This document shows positions 39,632-53,339 of a stretch of 64,000 nt of DNA, in pieces. The DNA lies in assembly GCF_000315625.1 (NCBI RefSeq), contig NW_005434672.1:62001-126000 (forward strand). The letters are read 5' to 3'. A program made the translations under genes and the position numbers. Below the pieces are notes generated by a model, which did not search any database, was not told the DNA's origin, and was given only the letters and a program-made list of their open reading frames with translations. Source of the stretch: Guillardia theta CCMP2712 (taxonomy: Eukaryota > Protista > Cryptophyta). Position 1 is the stretch's first letter, and each line of letters opens with the position of its first letter.

Positions 39632-40260
39632 ACTGGCTGAGTGCCGCGGCGGCCGGATCGGCCCATGATCGTCGGACCGTCCGATCCGGATAGGGCCCCC
39701 GGCCGGCCCGGCCGCGGCCCGGCCCGGCCCGGCCCAGCTGCCACGGTCCGATCACCGTCACTGCCACGGTGTAGGCAGGCCGGGCGGCGCGGGGGCCTCG
39801 CCACCCGGTCTCGGACCAGCCTCAGGCTGCGGGCCAGCCTGCAGCCTCCGAGAGTCACCGGGGAACTTAGTTACCGTACCGTAACACTGAGCTGAGTCTT
39901 CTTTGTAGTAAGTTCAGAGTCAGCCTCGCACGGTTTACCGTACTGCCAGTCCAATATCCGACTCATCAAAGTATGGTTCCGAGTTCGAGTCACCAGGCCG
40001 GCCCTGCCTCGGCCCGCCGAGGCGGCTCCGTCGGACGGCCCGCTCCGGTCGGACTGGCAACCGGGCCCGGCAGGCTCAGCCGGCGGCCGCGCCGGCCTCC
40101 TGAGTCAGGCTCTAGCCGAGTCCCGCCGGGGGCCCGTGGCCGGTTTAAGGCACTTGCTATACCGGGCGCGGCTGGTTGGTAGACTCTGTGACTGCCTGGG
40201 CCTGGCTCAGCGGCGGCGAGTCCGACGCCGCCTTTACTCAGTTACACTTGTGGTACTGAG
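39632..40260. promoter_or_regulatory. GC-rich short-word island between divergent genes
   Basis: GGCCCGG, TGAGTC, CCGTAC and GTCAC words; CTTTACTCA at 40232-40240. Confidence 0.45.
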
Positions 40261-40386
40261 TTTGCTCCGGGTTGCCTTTCTTTCAGTCAATAAAGGTTAG
40301 TAAGTAGGCTCGCCCATGCCATGATGCGTTCATGGCAGGGATGAACTTCAGCACTACGAAAGCGCCGCTTAGAGGAACGAAAGACC

Positions 40387-41614
40387 ATGGGGGATGGCAG
40401 TAAATCGCCCGAGAGCAGCAAGAAAGCTCCTGCGCCACTCTCCTCCTCCTTCCTGACGATCGACCCCAGCTTCTTCGCGACCTCTGCTCAGCTCCAGGCG
40501 CCTGTGGTGTTGGATGCGTCAGAGAAAGCGAAGCCAACGGAGATGTCAGACCTGGCTCGCGAGGACTTCGACATGCCTGCTGACGTCACTGCGGGCTTGT
40601 CTCGGCTGAGCTTCGTGGCGTCTGAAGGAGTCTTGTATGAGATGCATGACCAGCCGATAGAACAGGATGCGCTGTGGAGCTACGAAGGGAAGACAAACTT
40701 GACCTACTTCGAGTACTTGCGCGAGCTCAGGGATACGAGAAAGCAGATGTTCAATCGGGTAGTCGTCAAGAAGCACAAGAAGAAGGAGGTCGACTACAGC
40801 TCGAGCCCGTAACGCTCCCCTCTCTCCTCCCTCCCCATCATCTCCTCGCAGGTACCGCCCGTCCCCGAGCTTCTTTCAGCATCTCTACCACCCCAAGACT
40901 CGGCGCGGGGCGTCGGTTTGGATCCCCTTGACGGTCATGGTGAGGGAGGGGGAGAGGGAGGGGTACTTCACGGACCGAGACAGAGGATACGTCCGACGTC
41001 TGCGAGGAGATGCGCTCAGAGACGAGGCGCTCCTCGACCTCCTGGAGTCAGACTCATCGCCCTCAGGCTCTGAAGCTCAGGTGAGTTTCAGCTGAAGACT
41101 CTCCACCCGCTGAGGGGCTCCAGGCGACTCCTCTCGCCATCATCAAGACTCGCAGCTCTGCTGGGGGCCAGGAGGTCAAGACGCTCGACCGAGCTGGGGT
41201 TGTCAGGAAGCTGGGGAGGGAGGAGGGGGATAGCTTTGTGCTGCAGAAATTCGTCCCTCCCTTCGGCAAGCATGCAGCGATTTTCCGCACCACATGGAAG
41301 CGACTGCACGCGAGCAACACCATGCTGATCTCAAGCATGAGGAGGATGGCGGCGGCGCCCAGCATGGAGGCGACCAGCTTCTTCTGCACAGACACGTCGG
41401 AGCTCGAGCACACGAGCATGGTGTCGTACCGAGGGCAGACGGTAGTAGACGCACAGCAAGTCATCAACGACGTGGTGAGCTTCCTGGAAGGGAACGACCC
41501 TACGTAAGTCCGGTAGGAAGAGCTGTAAACGATGGGCTGACAGGAAGGGCAGGTATCACTTCGACGCCATCACGGCAGATTTCATCAGGGACTGGTCAGG
41601 CAGGTTGTGGCTGA
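40387..41614 (+). CDS. Hypothetical protein (multi-exon)
   Basis: Coherent exons 40387-40810 and ~41200-41503 with GT-AG boundaries; last exon YHFDAITADFIRDWSAGCG*. Confidence 0.55.
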
Positions 41615-41620
41615 TAGATG

Positions 41621-42628
41621 TCAAGTCGTTTGCATGTCATGAGATTCAAATCTGAGGGAGTCATACAGCGACCAGGAGAATAAACCGAATCCTCTCCTCC
41701 TCCCACTCAGCTCATGCACACTCTGCCTCCTTCCTGCCTGCTTCCCTTCCTCTTGCGGCCTCTTCACACAGAGATCTCCTGCCCCGTGCTCTTCCTCTTG
41801 TTGAGCGGCATCAACCTTGATGACTGTCAGCACGAACTGAAGGACTTTCAACTTACGTGTCCGGGTGGAGGAGACCAGGTTTCTGCTCGACAGCAGCTGG
41901 AGTCTCAGACGTCTTCTGCCAAACCCTAACAGAAAGTCAGAAGGAGTTGGGAGCAAAAGTTGCAATCGTAGAGAACAAAGCGGGGGAGGGAAGAGAGAGA
42001 TTTTGAGACATGCGTTGTTCCTCCCACCTGTTGTTGTTCGACGTGCTCTGAACAGTCCTCGAGCTCTCCTGCTGCTGAGTTGCCCGCATGTCTTCCATGT
42101 ACTGCGCCGGCTGGAGCAGAGAAGCAAGTGAGACAGACGTCAGCATCTCCCTCCTTCACCTGAATGTAGCGCGAGAGATCGTCGAAGGCTCCACGACCAG
42201 GCAAACTGGCGCGCTGAATGGCTGTCAAGAAATGCAAGAACATGACCACGAGGAGAAAAGGAGGGAGCACGAGATGGAGGTGGAGGAAGGAGGAAGGAGG
42301 AAGGAGGAAGGGAGAACCGCTTTCGAGAACGAGAGCAAGGAGGAGGAGAGGAGGAGAGGAGGAGAGAATGATGATGATTGGAGGAGGTGCCCAAGAACAA
42401 ACGATAGGATAAGGAGAGGAGGAGGAGGAGGAGGAGGAGGAGGAGGAGGAGGAGGAGGAGGAGGAGGCAGAGAGGATTGCATACCTGCATCTCAGCGAAG
42501 CTGGAGTGTCGTGAGTATCTGCTGGAGTCGACGGCAAGGAAATCTCGAGAGCTGGTAAACTGCTCGGTTCTAACGGATTCCACCTGAGAGAGTACTTTCA
42601 ACTAAAACCTGCTGCTGCCGCTGCTATT

Positions 42629-42690
<62 letters not shown>

Positions 42691-45063
42691 TCCTGCTCCT
42701 GCTCCTGCTCCCCTTCCGCTGCATCATCACGTGTTCTGCTGCTACCGCTACCAATCGCTTGTTCTTGCTTGAAATTCTTCCTCTCTTGGTTGTCGTCTTT
42801 TCCTTGCTGCTCATTTGATAGTCTCATTCTCTCCTCCCATTCTCACAGGAGGAAGTGGGTAAAGCTGATGATCGCTCCGCCGCATCCCGTCCTATCAAGA
42901 TTGACATGAGGAGAGGAAAGGTCGTGTGGCACGACCTCAACTTGAGGAGCAGCAGAAATGTTGTCCTCGAACTCTGGTTGCTGCTGATTTCTTGGCTGCT
43001 GCTAAATGATGACATCAGTTTTCGATTTTGTGCGCAATCACAACCTTTATGAGGTAGTCTTGTCGCACGAAAGAGAAGAGAAACTGTAGGGCTTGTGCAA
43101 ACTCAGCATCTTCCGTTGCAGCTTCCAGCTTGAAACACGAAGTCAACCTTGTTGTTGAGGGAATCGAAGCGCACAGAAATGTAGTCTTTAAAACATGTCA
43201 AGTTCAGCTATGCTCACCTTCTTTAGAAATTGCTGCCACGGTAGAGGAGAAGAGAGGAAATCTGCCTTCATGGCATTCGCTGAAAGTCTGAGCAACGACA
43301 AGTAGTCAACGTTTGAAGACAACAAATGACATCTTTGTCATCGGCCATCGTCTCACTTGCTTGCAAAGTCCTTGATGTCGTCTCTTACTCGCTGCATCTT
43401 TCCTTCCTTTGAAAACGAAGTGACCAGATGAGGGGAATGTGTTGTTCTCGAACAGACCTTGAGCTGCTTGTTGATCCTCGTTAGAGTAGATCCGAGCCAA
43501 CTTCTGTCGGCTGTGAAGCGCACAACTCAGTGAAGACATGACAACTTTGATGAGATGAGAGATGAAGATAGTATGTAGAGGATCAACATCATAATCGAAC
43601 ACTTGATACAAATCAAAGTAGTTAGACGAAAATTCTTTGACGTTGAATCAGAATTGGGTGAACCGACCAGTAAACGTCGATGTGTTGTACATGACAATCG
43701 CCTGTGCGCACAAGGCGTCAAAAGAAACAAAAGAAACTCCTCACAATACCCGATGACAAATGTCAGAAGTTGGCGAGCCGCGAGTAACAGGTGCAACGGT
43801 AGCACTAATTGTGAAAAAACGTTTCCAAAGCAGGAGAAAGAGAAAGTAACCAAGAGTCAGCAGGCATGCATGGTACATGCATCGGTAGAAGAGCACAAAA
43901 AGAGATGAAACATGGACGGTTGCCAAAAATCAAGGGAAAGAGAGGAAACACATGTGTATTACCCCATGTTACCCCAAACTTTCGTGCAGTAGTCACGGAT
44001 CATTCGAAGTTCAGCCTCCAGGTCGTTCTTGTCTTGTATGATCTGGAGGAGGAGGAGGAGGAGGAGGAGGAGGAGGAGTACGGTGAATAGAAGCAGCAGG
44101 AGTGGACGGCATGGACCTGAGCATGTGCCTTCATTTCCTCCTCCGCAATCTCTTTCCAGCTCCTGCTCACACTTTGTTGAACAGGTCTCGAACCTCTCCT
44201 CTCTCCTCTTGCTCCCACCTCATCTGCTCGTTAGCCGACTGCAGCTGTGCTCTGAGCATCCCGACCTCGTCCTCCAGCTGTTTCAAGCGCATCAACCTTC
44301 ACCTCCCTAAATTTGGTCACCTTGGCGTTCTTTTGCATGGCACCGAGCTCAGAGTGGAGAATTTCAATGGCCTGAAGAGATGTCAAGACAATGAGGTACA
44401 GAGAAGAGATGAAAGAAGAAGATAATGTGGCAAGAAATTTGGAGTTGAGAATCAGATGAGATGAAGTTGAGAAAAGACAAAACACAATTGGCATCACCTT
44501 TGGAATGTTTGTTCCTCCTTTCACATCTTCCAACTCCGCGATTTTCCTCCTCAAGTCTTGAACCTGAAGCAGTCACGAGGTACCACTGTTAGTCTGGCTC
44601 CTTGAGGAGCGATCTCAGACCTCCTGTCTTCTGAGATTGTTCTGTGCAATCTCATTTTGCTTCAGCCTTTCATTCTCCTGCAGTATCCTTCCGTTTTCAT
44701 GCTTCAAAGTTTCCACTTCAACAGACAGCTCTTCGTTGTGCCGTTTTCTGAAGCACGACGTCATTGTCATGACAATCAGCGACTCTTTCTCACATAGCAA
44801 CGAGCATGTGCATATCAGTCTCAGTCTCAACGCAGAAGTCCAGCATACTCTTGGAACAATCTCGCAGCTCGACCTCAATCTTGTGCAGAGCTGTATGCAA
44901 GTCTTCCTGCCCGCTCAACACCGATCGCTGTTTCATGCTCCCTGAAAGGCTCTCCTCTCCGCCTGGGTACGCTGTGGTCCTCGGGATCTCGCTATGCCGC
45001 AAGATCGAACTGGAGTGAACGGAAGTCTTGAGCAACTTCATGGCCCGCTCCAGCTGCTGTAGA

Positions 45064-45101
<38 letters not shown>

Positions 45102-45467
45102 AGTCGATCTACTCACGAGTTGATTTGAGCTCATTACATGTGGGACACGCATTAGAAGAGGATCTTCGGCTTCAGGCCATGTAGAGGACTGCCATGACCC
45201 CGGGGGATATTGGTCAGCAGTGTCCTTGAGGTCGACGAGTGGGTGGCTTGCAGGAAACTGCTTCATGCTTCTCCACTCTTGAGCAATGGGGTATTCGTCT
45301 TGTACCATCGAGGCTCCTGCATATTGCCCGCCTTTGAGGTCGTGTTGTGTAGTGCTGTGCAGTGAAGTGAAAGAGTCTCGATAGGCCATGGGCAGCGCGT
45401 TGGGAGGAGGAGCAGGGGTCGGGAGACTTGGCTGTGCGGATCCATAGGAGAAAGCCGAAGGGTCCAT
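41621..45467 (-). CDS. Hypothetical coiled-coil protein(s), many short exons
   Basis: Starts MDPSAFSYG; charged heptad exons are separated by microsatellite-containing introns. May be one gene or two. Confidence 0.4.
42630..42710. repeat. (CTGCTC)n hexanucleotide microsatellite; same unit at 36826-36893 and 45065-45100
   Basis: Seen directly. Confidence 0.9.
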
Positions 45468-46253
45468 CTAGCTTGCAGGAATCAGTCACACGAGTCAAGC
45501 CTGTCACTGTGATCAGCCTGAGACTCTGAGTGGTTCAAGCCGGTTGTTAGATCTTCACTGAAGCCATCGCAAGCCTCTCTGAGTCAAGCCGCTTCACTGC
45601 CGCAGTCCCGCCTACCCTAGTCAAAAATGACTTGGACAACGGCGACCTCACAGAGTCGATTCAAGTTCCGAGCGGAGGTCAGTGAAATGGCATTTTGGCC
45701 GGCCGGGCCGGGGGGGCGAACTTGGTTGGTTGCACAGAGGAGAAAATGAAAGAGGAGTGCGTACGTTTACTCAGACAGTTGGGAGTGAGTGAGTGAGAGA
45801 GGAAGAAGAAAAGATGAAGAAAATAATGAATAGTCCAGTATCATGTTCTAGATACATGAGTCTGAAGACGTAGTAAGGATACACGGATTTTGCCATGTCT
45901 TTCTGCACTGCGGGTCTCAAGAGGTGGCAAGGGCGTACTTCTGGCAAAGAGAAAGTGAAGACTATCACAGATTGCACAGCGTTGCAGAAGGATGAATAAT
46001 CTTGTCCTGTTAACTTCGAATCTTTCATCCTTGGCATCTCTGCTGACTGCAAGTCCATGCATTTGTGTCCGGTGCCGCTTCACTTTTGCATTCATGCATC
46101 ATCCAGTAGGATTTGCGCCAGTCTAATGAATTGATGACAGGTGTTTAATAGTCGCAAACATCATACTAGTTTTTCCGACCATGAAGTTGCAGCTCTACTC
46201 TTGTTTTCTGATACGGTCATGCTTATGCCTGTAGACCGTGACTTTTATCATTC

Positions 46254-47186
46254 TTGTGTTGTTCCATTTCTACCCCTTTCTCATGCGAGTCAAATACATT
46301 TGCTTATATTTTTCCATACAGGACCGGAATTGCCCTCAGAAGCCCTTCTGCCTACCATCCTTTCACGACTTCAGGCACAAGCGCATCTTTCCGGAAGCAA
46401 CCCTTCGATTCAGTGAACTGGAAAAAATCCTGCGGGTTGCAAAGAGCTCATATGTCCTTCTACAACTCTATAGATGCGGCAGAGGATGAGTCGTTACTCG
46501 CTGACGTGAAGATTGATCCGTATCTTGGTACGAAGCTGGGAACATATCGAGAGACTTACTGTGCTAAGTATTCAAACATTGAACAAGGAGAAGTGTTGCG
46601 ATGGATAGAAGAACAAACCATGAAGCTTCAGAAAACTTCCATGCTCTCTGGATCCTTGAGTGCATCAACGTTGCAGTCTCTGATAAGAATGAAAGGCGCA
46701 AAGAATGTGCTCGAGATTGGAACTTACACAGGTTTCACAGCAATTGCCATGGCAGCTGTTGCATCTCGTGTGGTGACAGTGGATAATTTCAAAGCTGAAC
46801 CAGCTTCAGAAGATGTCTGCCGAGAAGCTATCAAAATGGCGAATGTGAATGTTTCAATCATGAAGATGGATGCAAAAGATGCTCTCAACTGTTTGGTTAA
46901 CGAGGTGAAGGAACCCTTCGACTTCGTTTTCATTGATGGCGACAAGAAGGAACAAATTGATTACTACGAATTCTTGTTGAAACATCCTCATCTTTTCGAT
47001 CCAAAAGGAGTCATTGCAGTAGACAACACTTTATGGTATTCAAGAGTTTTTCAGAGTGATGACAAAATAGGAGATGAAGACACTGTGGCTGTTCGAAAGT
47101 TCAACGACCACATCAAGCGTGACCCTCGAACATTTGTGTCTATCATTCCGGTGCGCGACGGAATAACATTAATACAACATGTCTAA
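46254..47186 (+). CDS. SAM-dependent O-methyltransferase family 3 (CCoAOMT/COMTD1-like)
   Basis: Motifs AKNVLEIGTYTGFTA, FDFVFIDGDK, GVIAVDNTLW, FNDHIKRDPR and IPVRDGITL. The 5' end is uncertain, with a possible spliced presequence from ATG 46181. Confidence 0.92.
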   Translation: MCCSISTPFSCESNTFAYIFPYRTGIALRSPSAYHPFTTSGTSASFRKQPFDSVNWKKSCGLQRAHMSFYNSIDAAEDESLLADVKIDPYLGTKLGTYRETYCAKYSNIEQGEVLRWIEEQTMKLQKTSMLSGSLSASTLQSLIRMKGAKNVLEIGTYTGFTAIAMAAVASRVVTVDNFKAEPASEDVCREAIKMANVNVSIMKMDAKDALNCLVNEVKEPFDFVFIDGDKKEQIDYYEFLLKHPHLFDPKGVIAVDNTLWYSRVFQSDDKIGDEDTVAVRKFNDHIKRDPRTFVSIIPVRDGITLIQHV

Positions 47187-47419
47187 CCCAGTCTGAAATC
47201 CGCATGGTGAGATGAAGTCACACATGGACTAAAGTTTCGGAGGACCTTCAAATTTGAACTTTGGAACTGTTGTCTGCTCACCAATATAGCCATTCTGCTC
47301 ACCAATATAGCCATTGCAAAGCATGATTTATCGATTGTAGCAGATTCTCTGTCATCTGCCAATATTACAATACAGGGAACATTTGAGTAGAAAATTTTAC
47401 AAAGCCGAAGAGTCCAATT

Positions 47420-48514
47420 TCAGGTTGCAGTCCAGGATTTGAAAGGGTCTGGCCTTTTTTCCATTTTGAAAGCGATTTCCCCTCGTGATGCCGACTTTGG
47501 CAGAGTGGTTGCTGCGCTAGCACACCGTTCAAAAAGTTGATCATCCACATCTTGAGAAAACTCCTTCATTCGCTTCCTCCTGTCCGCTGCTGCTCTGGCA
47601 TAAAACCTCGAGCCACTGCTAGATTTACCCAGAACGGGAACTGAACGCTTTCGCTCTGGCGTAACAGAACGCCCGGAAGACATCGAGTCTACTTTTTGTG
47701 CTGATTCAATGAGATCCCCGCTCATGATAACTGAATGAACCCTGCGTCTGAAGGCAGGCCTTGCACCGAAGCTGGAATCTTGGATGTCAAGTGCACTGAA
47801 ACTTCGTGTCTCATCCAGACGTGCTTGATTCTGCAAGGATAAACGTCAACATCCGTTTTATCGCAATCAGAACGATTGAGTTGGACTTACCGCATCAGCA
47901 ACCGAAAAGCTTGCCGACTCAAATATTCCCATATTTTCCTCGCCAATCACAAACGAGGAATTTCCTTCCCGTCTTACTTTGAATGCTCCATTGAAAACGC
48001 TCGCTTCTGCAAGTCTTTCGAGGAAAGTTTCTTCATCAGGAGTCTCCGCAATTCCTGAGCTGGAGCTTGTTCGCATGGTTGAGTGATTTGACGGAATTCT
48101 CCGAAGAGCTTCCAACTCATCTTGACGAGAGCTTCCCCCAGAGCTATCCCTCGTCAGAGCATCTGAACCATCCAGTTTCTTAGATGTTAAGCTCGAACTC
48201 CTCACGATTGACTCTGTTTGTCCCACTAAAGACCCTACCCCCTCGGGATCGCGTCTTATCTTGAAAGCTTTACCCCACTCAATCTCATTCTCCTGGACAA
48301 ATTCCCTCAAGAACTGTTCCTCTGTTTGATTGGTTAATTGTTTCTTCAACGCCTTCAGCTTCTGAATGGCTTCTTTGGTCTCGGATGCTCGCTTCGCTGC
48401 CTTGGCTTTCTGTCGAAGCCTGTTTCTTCTGACATAGTACACAAAAATTGCCAGAACTAGCACAAAGATGGAGCCTGCCAACAGGGAAACAACATGAGAG
48501 AGTAAGGTTCCCAT
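47420..48514 (-). CDS. Hypothetical single-pass membrane protein (2+ exons)
   Basis: MGTLLSHVVSLLAGSIFVLVLAIFVYYVRRNR signal-anchor followed by a basic stop-transfer stretch; internal repeat (AFKIRRD / AFKVRRE). Confidence 0.6.
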
Positions 48515-49679
48515 TATCGCGCGTATGGTTTGTTTGCTCCCTTGCTCATCCAGCCTAGTCCGTGCATGCCCGGCATGGAAACGAGACGGGTAGGTTGGGT
48601 AGGGTGGGGGTGGAGGCTGTTTCCGAGTGGTTCGTGGGGGTAGGGTCAAGAAGAGATACTCTGGTGTAGGTGGGTAGTGTTGTAATTGTTAGAAAGTGGA
48701 ACAGGGACTGGTACATTCCACGTAAGATTTACGGTGATACAGGGGGGTGGCTTCATAGTACCTAATGTTTTGAGAGGGTAGGGGTGCATTCCAAGTGAGG
48801 AAGGGGGTGGCGAACAGGTTCCGCGGAGGTGGTGGGCAAGGTGAGGTTGTGGGACGACAAATGACGATGTGGGCTACCACCCCAATTTGAATACTGGAAA
48901 AGGTAGGTACTCGATGTTGACCAGGGGTCCACGATTAATGGTTGCAATTATTTTGAAGCACTCACTCAGGGGTGGGTGTCCCTTTCTGAAGAAATTTGCA
49001 GGGGTACCCTGGGCCGTGGGTAGTTTACAAGGGGTCCTTTTGGTATACTTTTAAATGAATATATATAAAAAAAAAACCAATTACCCACCCTGTGCCTTAC
49101 ACGGGCGGACACCAACGAGCATGAAACGAGTACCCCTTCCACAACATTCCAGTACCCACCTGTTTACCGGGCATATCCATTCTTCTGATTTGCTGACGAG
49201 GTTTTTCGGGTAGGATATGCGATGACATGGTGGGGTGATAATGCTTTGATTTAGGGGGGTACTATCTATAGGCAGCAACGGCAACGGTGGGGTGGGGTAG
49301 GGAAAACAGTGGGTGGAACCATGTTGGGGGCAGGGGTGCTGTACCGTATCTGCGCGGTGCGGCCCAGAGTAGCCATTGAAATCGAAGGGAATTGACAAAT
49401 TGCTCTGAAATTTCGAAATTAATCCAATGCCTTAAAATAGTTTCAATGACTTTTTAAAAATTGTCGATGAGAGGTATAGCGGTACCACATCGGCTTCCCG
49501 TTGTAAATTTGGTACGATCCCGTGAGACGCGGAAAGACCTAAAAACCACAAATTGTCAGACAGATGCAGGACACCAGCATGAGGTGTGTCCTGCAGGGAT
49601 GACAATGACAATAATGACAATGTGGTGATAATGATTTGACGATGAGGGGGAGGGGGAGCACGAGCTGGAGCGCATGCAG

Positions 49680-49739
<60 letters not shown>
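49680..49739. repeat. (GACGAG)n microsatellite
   Basis: Seen directly. Confidence 0.95.
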
Positions 49740-49829
49740 CGTACGGAGAGGAAGGGTGCCTTTGGGGATTGTGGAAAAGAAGAGGAAGATGTAAGGGGAC
49801 CGATAGAATCAGTAAGTGGAATCTGTAAG

Positions 49830-50764
49830 CGATTGGATACTTGCGGTCAACCTGAAGACCTCCTATTGGAGTTCTGTCAGCCAACTGATTACTTGGAAGA
49901 AGAGCGCAAGTTGCTTGTCAACAGCTTCAGAGTTCAAGAGGGTTTAAGAAACAGAGCCACGATATCGCCGTCTAACCCCTGAGAAGATCTGATCTTTGCT
50001 GAAAAGAGAGGGGTTGATTTCTTCGTACATGAGGAAATGCTCGCACCAGCAAATATCTTCTGCCAACAGACAGGTGTCTCAAACAGTATAAGCAGATAAC
50101 AACACGTATTCCTGTCTCTGCGTACTCCCTTGCTGCCTGCCGAGGCCCCGACAGCCCGGCCGTTCGTTCATGCGAGTTTGAACGATCCTTGAGGACATCT
50201 GTTCACAAACGTTTGTTTGCCCGATCAGGGAGTTGCCGAACGATAACTTATCAAGTGCGCGGGCGACCAGACGAATCGTCATCGCCAAGTATCTCTGCAT
50301 AAAGCTAGACATCGACTCCTTGAGTCCGTGCTTCATGTCCCGAAGAGGTGGCATCGGCGTGATCGGAAAGTCCGGTGACAACCATTCTCACGCTTCCAAT
50401 AGCATCCGTTCAGAACCGCCAACATCTCGGGATGCTGTGCGAGCTCATCCTGGCAACACTCCGACAATCTCTTTGTACTACGGTAGCTGCAGAATCACGT
50501 CCTCAGCGGTCTCCGAGTCCTGCGGTCACAAGTTCCACACTGATCTCTGATCAAACTTGCCAGTGCAGTGCGCTTCGTAACAGCCTTGGAATAGAACCGT
50601 CTACGTCTTGGCTCCTTCCAACTCAGTGCCTCTTCCTCCAACTGCCTCTGCCCTGAGTCGCACTGCGGCAGACCGAGCTCCGAGGCTCCCGGAGTCCTGC
50701 TGACTCCGACGCTCCTCAGTCTTCTTCCTTGTGGCCCTGTCACCGGGTGCTCGCGTAGGCTCAT
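49830..50764 (-). CDS. Hypothetical protein (multi-exon, ends uncertain)
   Basis: Exon-like segments DELAQHPEMLAVLNGCYW and PPLRDMKHGLKESMSSFMQRYLAMTIRLVARALDKL. Confidence 0.35.
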
Positions 50765-51022
50765 CGTGCCATCACAGCAACGTGATGGTCGGCAGTGCCC
50801 CGCCGCCGGTCACCCGTTGACCGTGTCAGCCTGCCCGGCCCGGCCGCCCGGCGGGCCGCGGCGCCAGTCACTTCGGAGTGGCCGGCCCGGCCGGGCAGCG
50901 GCCGGCGGAGGCCCCCGGGCCCGGCATCGGGCACCACCCGGCACCGCCGCCCGGCCCGCCGGGTGGCCGGGCACGTAATGCGATGATTCCAATCGAATCA
51001 AAACGCTTTGGATCCAGGTCTC

Positions 51023-51968
51023 ATGTCGGGGGCTCTCCAGGTGCGTGAGCTGTGGGGGGTGAAGGAGACCGTGAGAGGAAGGAACAAGCTTGCCGACTTG
51101 CGATGGTCGGGGATGTTCCTTGCGCCTTTGTCCTCAACATGCAGATGATGTGGAGCTCCATCCTTGCTCACAAACACCTCCGATGGGAAAGTGCTGATTC
51201 TCGTTTCCTGTTCCTCTGATGAAAGAAGTCAACTTGATTCTTCCGATTGCGAAACCAATGTTTGTGATTCTGCATACTGTTTATAAGATTTTGAGTTCTG
51301 CATTTTGTCTGACATTGCTGATGCCGCTCTTGCAGTATCGCGCTATCCTCATTGTGGTTATCTGTGGATTGTGTGAAGCGTTTCTCTCGGTACGACTTTT
51401 TCGCCACGTGTTTTAGACCTCACGTACGTTGTCTACGCGATCGGCTTCTTTCATAGCCCTGCGCCTTCAAGAACACACATGAAATCGCTCGGTTACGCTC
51501 GTCGGAAACGCATCTGACATTGAGAAGTGTGTTGTACATCCGGTTTCCGCATGTGACCTCATTGTTGTTAAAGCTTGTCGGTATCGTGTGTCGACGATCA
51601 CCAAGATGCAGAAGGAAAAGGATGAAGACATGTGAGAACTCTGAGATCTCCAGATGAACATTGACCATGCGCGCTTCATCGGTAGGGATAGAAAGGAAAT
51701 GATCCTCAAGCAGCTTGCGGCCTCCGATCGGCCGAGTGTAAGTTTGCTATGTCATCATCTTTTTTAAATGGTGATTCAGGGCAAGACAGTCGAAGCTCCC
51801 AAAGACTCTGCTCCACCAGGAGCGATTCCAGGTGACTTGGCGCGATATGCTCAGTACTTGAAGTGACTGAGACAGTCAGACTACATGTACTTCTTCTTCC
51901 CTATCCTCGGGGCCTTCACCGCCTTTGCTGTGCAGTACTTCAGCAAGAGTCAGCTCCCCTTCGGATAG
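51023..51968 (+). CDS. Small tail-anchored hypothetical protein (multi-exon)
   Basis: Short exons; the last reads YMYFFFPILGAFTAFAVQYFSKSQLPFG*, a C-terminal hydrophobic helix. Confidence 0.35.
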
Positions 51969-52107
51969 TCAGAGGGGAACAGTCAGGAGTACATTCTCAA
52001 CCAACTCTCTCTAATGAAGTCTTCAAGAACACTCTTCAACACCAACTCCTCGGAATTTGATCAATCTACCAAGACCAAGGCCCGGTTTCCACGGCGTTCC
52101 AGATCCT

Positions 52108-53339
52108 TCAGTCGTCGTCCTCTGAGTCAGGCTCAGCGTCGTTGTCTATCGCTCGCTCGTGCTTACACAGGATGCAGCCTGGCGCGTCTATCCTTCTCCT
52201 GCAGCAGGACCAGATTGAATTCCAACTGGCGTCCAGCTGCTTTAGGCCAGGGTGCTGTCGGCAGGAGGTGTCTCTGTTTGTTTCCTCTGTGAACGTCTTG
52301 CCGCATCTCTTGCAGACAAGTTGCAACTCTGTGCCAACAGCCATGATCTCATGCGCGAACTCATCCTCATCCTCGTCCTCGCCACCCGGGCTTCCCTTGG
52401 ATAACCATGCCAACTGGTCGCTCGTTGCCTCGTCTGCCCTCTGACCATGCTGGACATCGTCTTGTTCCTCTTTCAGGAAATCTTTCCAGCGAGGGTTTCC
52501 ATGTAGCGCCTGCCTGATCATCTGCAGCTCGTTCGTGCGATCCAGAGCCCCATACTCAACTTCATCATCAGCGCACGACTGCAAGAGCGCAAACAGGCGA
52601 TCTGTGAGCTCCTGACTGTCGTTGATGACCTTGTCAATCTGCTTCTCCTCCTCCTCGTCGCCTCTTGAAGAATCTCGGTCTGATGGCAGGGCTCTGAGCA
52701 AGTATTCAAACCTTTCTCCTCCCATATCGAGAAATTCGAGCAAGTTGTCAAGAGGCTTCAATTTTGACATCTCTTGTTCGAGATGTAAGATTCTCGCTCT
52801 CATCTCTTCTACTTGCTTGTTGAACTTTAAGTTTTCGATGGTCAAAACCTGTAGGAAGAATATTCAGCATGCACGGGAACTACGAGCACCCATCATCCAA
52901 TTCCCTATCTCTGTCTTCGACATCAACTCTGACAACGTTATGTGAATTATCTTCATCTATGGTATCCTCCTCATCATGCTTTCTCCATCATCGCATCGTC
53001 AAGGCTATGTTGTTCACTCCTCCTAAACCTTCCACTCCGCCTCCTGCACCAAAATGAAGAGCAAATCACCTTTATGGTCCCAACAAGCTGCTTGTTCCGA
53101 GATACAAGTTTCTCCTCGTGCTCGAATCGGCGCTTGAAGTATGAGAATCTCTTTGTTCTAAGGTCGTCGCCGCTGCCATGGTCTCTCAATGTTGCAGACC
53201 TCATTTTGTCGCTGTCTTTCAGCCCATCAAAGTTCAACGACGCGAACTTAGCGAAGTAGCTGGAGCGAAAAGAGCTATGGGCAGAGCTTGGAGGAGGAAA
53301 CACCTCTTTCCCACTCATAGTCTGGCACTCTGACTCCAC
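52108..53339 (-). CDS. Coiled-coil protein with C-terminal CHORD/Btk-like zinc-binding module
   Basis: CKRCGKTFTEETNRDTSCRQHPG..WSCC..PGCILCKH. Confidence 0.65.

Noticed and set aside
47273-47315. 21-bp direct duplication in a 3' intergenic region
   Set aside because: Simple two-copy slippage with no further structure.
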